DNA of 64,000 nucleotides from positions 86,677-150,676 of the forward strand of contig NZ_JAUCCV010000007.1 of the NCBI RefSeq assembly GCF_034675905.1, read 5' to 3'. How positions within the stretch are numbered: position 1 is the stretch's first letter; the number at the start of each line of letters is the position of its first letter. Below the pieces are notes generated by a model, which saw only the letters and a program-made list of their open reading frames with translations, did not search any database and was not told the DNA's origin. A program made the translations under genes and the position numbers. Shown here one piece after another: positions 56,583 through 64,000 of the stretch. This DNA is from Castellaniella sp. (GTDB lineage: Bacteria > Pseudomonadota > Gammaproteobacteria > Burkholderiales > Burkholderiaceae_B).

Positions 56583-56847
56583 ATGCCACCCGGAAGCATC
56601 CCGGGCCACCACCACCCAAGAAACACCCATCTGCCTGGCCGATGCCAGCGGCTATTCGCTGTTCGCCGTGCGTGATGGCGTCCGCGCCGACACCGCGTTG
56701 GCGCAGGCGGCCAGCATGCTTCGCACTGCCCACGGCCTGCTGGTCAATTCCAGCGAGATGGGCGACGACGATCAGTACGCCGCCGGCCTGTTCCTGCTCG
56801 AGGGCGCCAGCGCCCTGATCGATTCCATCAACGGGGGCCAGCCATGA
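56583..56847 (+). CDS. DUF3077-like small protein (5' end frameshifted)
   Basis: LFAVRDGVRADTALAQAASMLRTAHGLL...GLFLLEGASALIDSI; stop overlaps the BRO start (ATGA). Confidence 0.5.
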
Positions 56848-57750
56848 ACAGCCTGGGATCCCCTTCGACTTCGACCAGCACTCCGTGCGTGCCGTGGCCG
56901 ACGAAGATGGCCGCGCCTGGTTTGTTGGCTCGGACGTCGCCGAAGCCCTGGGGTACGCGGAACCCGCGGCTATCCGGCAGCATTGCGAGGGGGGGCGAAA
57001 CACACCCCCTTCCGACCGCTGGCGGCATCCAGGACGTCCGCCTGATTTCCAGCCGGATCTGTACCGTCTGGTGGTGGGCAGTCGCCTCCGCCGCCGAGCG
57101 CTTCGAGCGCTGGGTGTGGACGTCCTGCCCACGATCCGGCGCACCGGCAGCTACTTCGCCCAGCCAGCCGCTGCCGACATGCGCGGCGTGAACACCGCCT
57201 TCTGGCTGATCCCCCACCTGCCGTACGGGCGGCACGCAGCCTGGGCCTGCAGCGTGAGGCCGCAATCGTCGCCGCCAATCGCACCGTCGCCAGCCTGACC
57301 GGCGTGGATGCCATGCAATTGCTGGACATCAAGGCACCCGCTGCCGCTGCGCTTCCAGGGGCCCGAGCAGAGGCCGAGTTCCTGCTTGCATGGCAGCAGG
57401 GCACTGTGGTGCTGGTCGATGACGCCGACCCGCTGCCCTTTGTGCCCTGCACCGGGCGGCAACTGCACGCGGCTTACCTGCATTGGTTCCGCCGCGAACA
57501 GCGCCCAGGCTGGCCGCAGGCTGAAACGCGGTTCGTGGGCTTCGTCGGCCGTCAGCCCGGCTGGGTGGCTGGCCGCCCGCAGCAGACCTACCGCGACCGC
57601 ACCGGCGCGAGGTGGCTGTCTCGCAAGATGGTTATTCCCGCCAACCTCATGTCGCCCATGAGCCAGACCCGCACGGAATGGCTCACCGAGGGCTATTTCA
57701 CCTTCCAGGCCGCGCTGGATGCGGCGCAATCCATCGGAGACCAAGAATGA
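56844..57750 (+). pseudogene. BRO-N antirepressor fused to a primase-C-terminal-like domain, multiple frameshifts
   Basis: Reconstructed PFDFDQHSVRAVADEDGRAWFVGSDVAEALGY...EPDLYRLV...AERFERWV..VLPTIRRTGSY. ARSLGLQREAAIVAANRTVASLTGVDAMQLL is in frame with ORF 57304-57750. Confidence 0.75.
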
Positions 57751-58123
57751 ACGGAACAGAAATCTCATACGCCCTGGCAAAGCAGTTGACCAGCGCTACC
57801 ACCATCGAGAGCAACTATGGCTCCATCGATCTGGACGCTGAACTGCGCCGCGCCGTCGACGCTGCTGTACGGCCCATTCTTGAGCGACGCATGGCCGCTT
57901 TTGAGCGAGGCAGCACCAATCCTGAAAACCTCATCGAGGGCATTCAGCGGCAATGCGCAGGGTACGCGAAGATGTGTTGCCGGAATATGACGCGATCCCT
58001 ACCGGCGCTTTCGCCGCGAGACTGATGCGCCAGTCGATCCGCGCCGCCGAAGCCGCCATCGCTTCCGGCGACGTCGTGGCGATGGTGTCCGCGTATGGCG
58101 ACCTGGAGGGCTATCAGGTATGA
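57747..58123 (+). CDS. phage hypothetical protein(s), frameshifted near 57960
   Basis: [12 protein letters not shown]... and a second frame [44 protein letters not shown]; ends in an ATGA overlap with ASCH. Confidence 0.5.
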
Positions 58124-58511
58124 AGACCCTGTCCGTTCGCCAGCCCTGGGCGTGGCTCATCGTCAACGGCTACAGCCCATCGAGAACCGTGACTGGCCTA
58201 CGCACCAGCGTGGCCCGATTCTGATCCACGCATCCAAGGGCATGACACGTGATGAGTACGGACGTTGCGGGATTAGCCCAATCTCTCGGCATCGCCATCC
58301 CAGCATTCGACGAGTTAGAGCGCGGCGGCATCGTTGGTCGAGCCGTGATCACCGGGTGTGTCACGGATCACGCATCCCCGTGGTTCTTTGGTAGGTATGG
58401 GTTTGTGCTGGCCGACGCCAGGCCTATGCCGTTTCAGCCGTTGCGCGGGCGGCTGGGTTCTTCGATGCTGCGTCTCCGGTTGAGCAATTGGCTACATCGC
58501 GTGGAGATTGA
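58120..58511 (+). pseudogene. ASCH domain protein, frameshifted
   Basis: [39 protein letters not shown]...[13 protein letters not shown]...[17 protein letters not shown]. Confidence 0.8.
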
Positions 58512-58515
58512 TGGC

Positions 58516-59025
58516 GTGTCTGATTCTGGAAAACGTGTGCTTGACCCGTGCTGCGGCAGCAGGATGTTCTGGTTCGACCGGCAGCACCCCGACGTCGTGT
58601 TCGGCGACCGCCGTCACGAAACCATCAGCGTCACGGACAGATCGCACGGCCGCGCCGATGGCGTGCGCACGCTGCGCATTGAGCCGGATGTACTGATGGA
58701 TTTCCGAGCGCTGCCGTACCCAGACGGCGCCTTCAGGCTCGTTTCCTTTGATCCCCCGCACCTGGTGCGCGCTGGCAAGAATTCCTGGCTGGCGGCGAAG
58801 TACGGAAAGCTCGGCCCAGACTGGCGCGAGGATCTGCGCCAGGGGTTTGCCGAGTGTTTCCGCGTGCTTGCCCCCGACGGCGTGCTGATTTTCAAGTGGA
58901 ACGAAACCCAAGTTAAGGTCGCGGACGTCCTGGCGTTGACCGCTGTGCCGCCGTTGTTCGGCCATCCGACTGGACACAAGGGGCTGACGCACTGGATCGT
59001 GTTCATGAAACCACGCGAGGCCGCC
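58516..59025 (+). CDS. phage class I SAM-dependent methyltransferase (reads through into the next gene)
   Basis: VLDPCCGSRMFWFD, DFRALPY, FDPPHL, FRVLAPDGVLIFKWNE, THWIVFMK. Confidence 0.8.
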
Positions 59026-60393
59026 ATGCAGATTGAAGTCCTGCCGCTCGACCGACTTGTCCCGTATGCCCGCAACAGTCGCACGCACAGCGATGCGCAG
59101 GTGGCCCAAATCGCCGCGTCGATACGGGAGTTCGGCTTCACCAACCCGGTACTGATCGATTCCGACGGCGGCGTCATCGCGGGCCACGGGCGCATCCTCG
59201 GCGCCGCGCGTCTGGGCATGACCGAGGTGCCGTGCTTGCGCTTGGGGCACCTGACCGAAGCCCAGAAACGTGCCTATGAGATCGCAGACAACAAGCTGGC
59301 GCTGAACGCTGGCTGGGATGAAGCGCTGCTGGCTGCGGAGCTGCGCGATCTGGCCGACATGGACTATGACATGGCCCTGACCGGCTTCGCCGATGATGAG
59401 ATCAAGGTGCTGCTGGCCGGGCTGGACGCCGCACCCACCGGCGCCACCGATCCGGATGCCGCGCCGCCTGTGCCCGATGTCCCGGTCAGCTTCCGGCCAG
59501 GCGACGTTTCGTTGCTGGGTCGCCACCGCGTCATGTGTGGCTCAAGCGCCGACCCCACCGCCTGGGCCAGGCTCATGCGCGATGATCGCGCGGATATTTG
59601 CGTCACAGATCCACCGTACAACGTGGCCTACGAGGGCAAGACCAAGGGTCGCATGACGATCCAGAACGACAGCATGTCGGCAGGCGGACTTCCGCCAGTT
59701 CCTGCTCGAGTTCTACCGGGCCGTGTTCGATGTGATGCAGCCTGGCGCCCCGATCTATGTCTATCACGCCGACACAGAGGGCCTGAACTTCCGCAGCGCT
59801 TTTATCGAAGCGGGCTTCAAGCTGTCCGGATGCCTCATCTGGCGCAAGAACACCATGGTGCTGGGCCGCTCCGACTATCAGTGGATACATGAGCCGATCC
59901 TGTACGGCTGGAAGCCCGGCGCCGCGCACCGCTGGTACGGCGGCCGCAAGCTCACCACGATCATCGAACACGGCGAGGGCGGCGCGGTACGCCGCTTGGA
60001 CGATGGCCGATGGGCCGTCCAGGCGGGCGATGACCTGCTGATCGTCGACGCGAACGCCACGCTTGAGGAACACCTGGGGTCGGTCATCTACCACGACAAG
60101 CCAGCCCGCAATGGTCAGCACCCGACGATGAAGCCTGTCAGCCTGATCGAGCGCAACCTGCGGGCATCCTCGCGTGCAGGCGACATCGTGATCGACGGCT
60201 TCGGCGGATCTGGCAGCACGCTCATGGCAGCGGATCGCCTCGGGCAGGCTGCTCGTCTGATGGAGTTGGATTGCGGCTACGTCGACGTGATCGTGCGCCG
60301 GTGGCAAGAGTACAGCGGGGGGGGGCATGTCTGGACGGGGATGGGGCTTCTTTCGACGAAATCATGGCGGCGCGTGCCGCCGCGACGGCGTGA
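59026..60393 (+). pseudogene. ParB/Srx N-terminal domain plus N6/N4 DNA methyltransferase, two frameshifts
   Basis: LVPYARNSRTHSDAQVAQIAASIREFGF, IADNKLALNAGWD, TDPPYNVAY, HPTMKPV, DGFGGSGST; shifts near 59690 and at the G9 run 60317-60325. Confidence 0.85.
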
Positions 60394-60403
60394 GGCTGCA
60401 CTG

Positions 60404-62554
60404 ATGGCGACCTTATCCGACCTGCAGACCGAGCGCGCAAAGCTGCGCGCCCTGGACGCAAAGTCGACCTATAAGTCGGCGCTGGCCGATACCACCAGCC
60501 ACAAGGATGTGGTGGCCGCTGCCGCCGCCATGCGTTCCGCCCTGGATGCCGCCATGCGAGGCATGCCTCGCGTGTTGGCAATGGCCATCGACGGTGAAGC
60601 CGACGAGACCCGCGTCCACTATCTGCTTTCGGATGCCATACATACGGCCCTCACAGGCATCGGCGCCGATGTCGAACATGCCTGCACGGTGCTGCCACCC
60701 GTTGGCGAACAGTTCAAGCGCGGCGCCCAGCCCCGCGATCTGCTGACCGTCAGCCAGTGGGCCGACCGCCATCGTTGGCTGCGCTCTGGAACGAATGCGC
60801 CAGGGCGCTGGAACACTGCACTGACTCCGTACCTGCGCGAGATCATGGATGCGCTCTCGGAGCACAGCCCCGTGCGAACCGTCGTGTTCCAGAAATCCTC
60901 GGGCGTCGGTGGTTCCGAGGTCATGATGAACTGGACTGGCTACGTGATGCATCATTTGCAGAATAAAGACATGCTGGTTGTCATGCCTACGCTGGAGTTG
61001 CGCGACCGGTCATTCAACCCGCGCATGGCAAAGATGGTGGAGGAGACCGAAGCACTGGCGGGACTGATCTCCCGCAATGCCCGCGACAAAACGAATCGCG
61101 CCGACGTTGTCGAGTACGGCGCCCACGCCCGCATCATCCGCAGTGGCGCCAACAGCCCCGATTCCCTGCGCTCCGATCACCTGCCTTATGTGATCTGCGA
61201 CGAGGTCAGCGCATTCCCCTGGGATGTCGGTGGCGAGGGCGACCCCATGACGCTGATCGAAAACCGGCAGCGCACATACAGCCGTGCGAAGTCGTATTTC
61301 ATCAGCACCCCCACCATTGCGGGCCGGTGTCGGATCAGCCTGCAGTACTCGCGCAGCGACCAGCGGCGCTATCACGTACCGTGCCCGAGCTGCGGCACGC
61401 TGCAGCACCTGGAGTTCGACCGCAGCGGCGTAGCCGACCACGGCCTGAAATGGCGCACCGCGCCGCCGGTCGATGCAGAAACCGGCGAAGTCCTGCGTCC
61501 GCGCGTACTGTCGGCTTGGTATGTCTGCAAAAACTGCCACGCCGAGATCCCTGAATCCAGCAAGACCGACATGCTGGCCCATGGAAAGTGGATCGCTGCG
61601 CGTCCCAGCGTCAAGCGCACGCGAGGCTATCACATCAATGCCCTGTATGCCCCGGTTGGCCTGGGCGTGTCGTGGCGTGACGTCGCGCAGAAGTGGCTGG
61701 ACTGCCAGGGCGATACCTCCGAGATGAAGGCGTTTGTCAATACATACCTGGGCGAGGCCTGGGCCGAGCAGGGCGACAGCATTGAGGATCTCTCGCTGAT
61801 ATCACGGCTGGAGGATTACGACCCCACCACGCTGCTGTTCCGTCTGATCACGGCGGGCGTTGACGTCCAGAAAAACCGCCTCGAAGTGAGCTATGTCGGC
61901 TGGGGCGAAAAAAGAGGAGGCCTGGCTGATCGATCATGTGATCCTGCCGGGAGATACGGCCCAGCCGGAAGTGTGGACGGCCCTGGGTGAGTCGCTAGTC
62001 GAACACAAGGTGCGCCAGGCCGTGGTCGACGCCGGGTACAACACCAGCATGGTTCACGCGTTTTGCGCACCGCGCCGCTGGGCAGCGCCGGGCAAAGGCA
62101 TTCCCGGCACCGCCCGCCCGCTGGTTGAAGACGAAAAGCGCCGGATCGCCCGCTTGCGTCGGCGAGTCAAGCATCAGCCAAACGCCGTCGAGCCGATTGG
62201 CGTCGACCAGGGCAAGGCCTTGATCTATGCACGCCTCAAGATGGAAAAGCCAGGCCCCGGCTACATTCATCTCCCGCGCGAGGCCTCGTTTGACGACGAA
62301 TACTTCGCACAGCTCAGGGGCAGAGAAACTTGTCACGAAGGTGCGGGGGCAGGCCAGGCCGTTTTCAGGTATGGGTGGAGATCCGTGCCCGTGATGAGGC
62401 TCTGGATTGCCTGGTTTACGCCACTGCCACTATGCGGCTGTTTCGCGTGGGTCTCGCCCTGCCACCTGCACCCCCCAGGCCCCAACAAAAAAGCCTGCCG
62501 CAGCGCCCGTCCGGCGCCGAACGCGCCGTCAGTCGCGCCCTGTCACCTCGATAA
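60404..62554 (+). pseudogene. terminase large subunit, lambda gpA family, two frameshifts
   Basis: LTVSQWADRHR, TPYLREIMD, QKSSGVGGSE, DEVSAFP, STPT, YHVPCPSCG, AGVDVQKNRLE; shifts at A6 61908-61913 and near 62315. Confidence 0.9.
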
Positions 62555-62575
62555 CCAGACCAGAAGGATACAACC

Positions 62576-63090
62576 ATGAACAACAAACTCGCCGCCAGTC
62601 AGAAAAACACAGTCTTGGACGATATCGCGGCCGAGATCGAGATGCGTGCCACCATCCTGCTCGCGGCCTGGTGGGGCGGCCGCAACATCGTTGTGCCCGA
62701 CACCCGGCCAGAGCACAGCGTCATTGCCAAGGTGATCGGCGAGGAAGCTGCTCGGCGGTTGAGCGCCGTGTGGCCCGGCGCCCAGATCTTCGTGCGCTGC
62801 GCCTGAACTGGTTTGAAGAGATCCGCAAGGCCCGCCAAGTCCACAACCTGCGCGCCCGTGGGCTGGGCTGGAACGAGATCGCCCAGGTCATGGTGATGAC
62901 CCGCCGCGAGGTCGAGGAGATGGGCGAAATCGGCCGATTTGCCACCGAAGCTATCGCACAGGAAAAGACCGGCCGCAGCGTGAACCCACTCTTTGAGCTG
63001 GAACGTCCACAGGTTCGTGGCGGCCGTGGCGGGCAGACCAAAAAAAGCGGTGTGCATGGTGCCAAAACCGCCCAGAAAACAGAGGCGTGA
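62576..63090 (+). pseudogene. Mor-like transcriptional activator, frameshift near 62795
   Basis: LDDIAAEIEMRATILLAAWWGGRNIVVP...VIGEEAARRL, continuing as LRLNWFEEIRKARQVHNLRARGLGWNEIAQ (HTH). Confidence 0.6.
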
Positions 63091-63091
63091 T

Positions 63092-63403
63092 ATGAATGCG
63101 AAATCTGGAGACATACTGACGACGGACGAGGTCAATGCGATCATCAAGGATTGCGAGGCCACCGTTGCTACCTACAACCAATTTGCACGCGACATTGAGG
63201 CGGCGGTTCTGGAGAAGCTGCGCAGCCACGATATCGAGGGCCTCATCGACCGGGCCTATCTCGAGTTCGACGCCATGCGCAGCGGCACAGGTGAATTCCG
63301 GGGGCAATCCTGGGATGAGTGCGATGCCTTCAAGGCACACATGCGCCGCTTCGCGTATGCCCGCTATCATGAACTGATCGGCCAGGTGCTGCGGGCGCAG
63401 TAA
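63092..63403 (+). CDS. phage hypothetical protein
   Basis: 103 aa, starts 2 bp after the previous stop. Confidence 0.6.
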   Translation: MNAKSGDILTTDEVNAIIKDCEATVATYNQFARDIEAAVLEKLRSHDIEGLIDRAYLEFDAMRSGTGEFRGQSWDECDAFKAHMRRFAYARYHELIGQVLRAQ

Positions 63404-63505
63404 GGGTAACGGCGGATAAACCATCCCCGCACGGCGGGATTTCAGCGTAATTTCATAAAATCCGTCAGGCTTCCTTGATAGGTAACATATAAAAGGAAGT
63501 GGATA

Positions 63506-63739
63506 ATGAATGTTTCAAACACCCGTGAAGTTTCGTTCCTGGGCTGCGGCCTGTCGGATCACCTGCTTGCCGTTCGGGCGGGCGTCCCTCGGGACATAGC
63601 TTTGCACTGCGCCGCCGATTTTTTGGTGACCACGCGCGACCTGCTGCTGGTAGCTGAAGAAATCGACAGTTCGGCGGTGCGTGCTGCCGCCATCCTGCTG
63701 GTCGAGGCGGCTGGAGCGGTTCTCAACGCCGCCGATTGA
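63506..63739 (+). CDS. DUF3077-like small protein
   Basis: LLAVRAGVPRDIALHCAADFL...AAAILLVEAAGAVLNA; RBS AAGGAAG; AT-rich upstream region. Confidence 0.55.
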   Translation: MNVSNTREVSFLGCGLSDHLLAVRAGVPRDIALHCAADFLVTTRDLLLVAEEIDSSAVRAAAILLVEAAGAVLNAAD

Positions 63740-63818
63740 TCGTCGGCATGTGATGCTATCATCGGTCGGTGAGTTTTTGTAACTTCTACCGACTGATGAT
63801 TAAAAAGGAAAACGCACG

Positions 63819-64000
63819 ATGACCATGGCGCTTGTAATCTTCCTGCTGACTTTTGCGTGCCTGGTGCTGTGGCTATTTGGCCTGGTCAAGCCGACGAAAG
63901 TATTTCTTGGCGCGGCCAGCACGCGCAGCAAGGTGACCAAGGTCTACGGCCTGGGGTTCGTTGCCTTGCTTTTCGCGTTCGTCATTGTCGCCGCATCCAG
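63819..64000 (+). CDS. membrane protein, partial (moron-like)
   Basis: MTMALVIFLLTFACLVLWLFGLVKP...VYGLGFVALLFAFVIVAAS; two TM helices; RBS AAGGA; extended -10 TGcTATCAT at 63754-63762. Confidence 0.65.
   Translation, partial: MTMALVIFLLTFACLVLWLFGLVKPTKVFLGAASTRSKVTKVYGLGFVALLFAFVIVAAS

Larger units (their letters stand above)
46704..64000. mobile_element. prophage (continues past the right edge), heavily frameshifted
   Basis: Contains xis, tyrosine integrase, cI/cro, primase-helicase, terS, BRO antirepressor, DNA methylases and gpA-type terL. Confidence 0.95.

Noticed and set aside
48114-64000. DGR template repeat, reverse transcriptase or avd within the window
   Set aside because: A visual scan found no AAC-rich copy of the VR-like sequence, no [Y/F/L]xDD RT-type ORF and no Avd-like protein.

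Overview
Betaproteobacterial chromosome window, Alcaligenaceae-like (Castellaniella/Bordetella-type gene order; GC-rich). Positions 1 to ~46,400 are mostly intact core genes. They include a NitT/TauT ABC transporter, ffs-dnaX-ybaB-recR, tkt-gap-pgk, rsmE, barstar/patatin/maeB, ubiD, upp, an aerobic 2-aminobenzoyl-CoA (abm-type) catabolic cluster, dacB, queA-tgt-yajC-secD-secF and miaB-phoH-ybeY-corC-lnt. A sensor GGDEF/EAL gene there is split by a G9 tract. From ~46,700 to the window end lies a prophage: att-like junction, early operon, xis-int, cI/cro/CII-like, primase-helicase, ori-like repeats, terS, a C4-antisense/BRO antirepressor cassette, ASCH, methyltransferases, gpA-type terL and a Mor-like regulator. 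Most notable points: (1) An early-operon gene whose 3' end looks like a diversity-generating retroelement (DGR) variable region with a G/C element and hairpin, but with no TR, RT or avd in the window. (2) The O_L/P_L-controlled early operon with xis-int points toward cI, so it is inverted relative to lambdoid convention; matching TTAG-N6-CTAA operators sit at both ends. (3) A BRO antirepressor fused to a paralogue of the primase C-terminal domain. (4) About 20 single-base frameshifts confined to the prophage, which may be decay or an assembly artefact. All family calls are by motif recognition; no searches were run.
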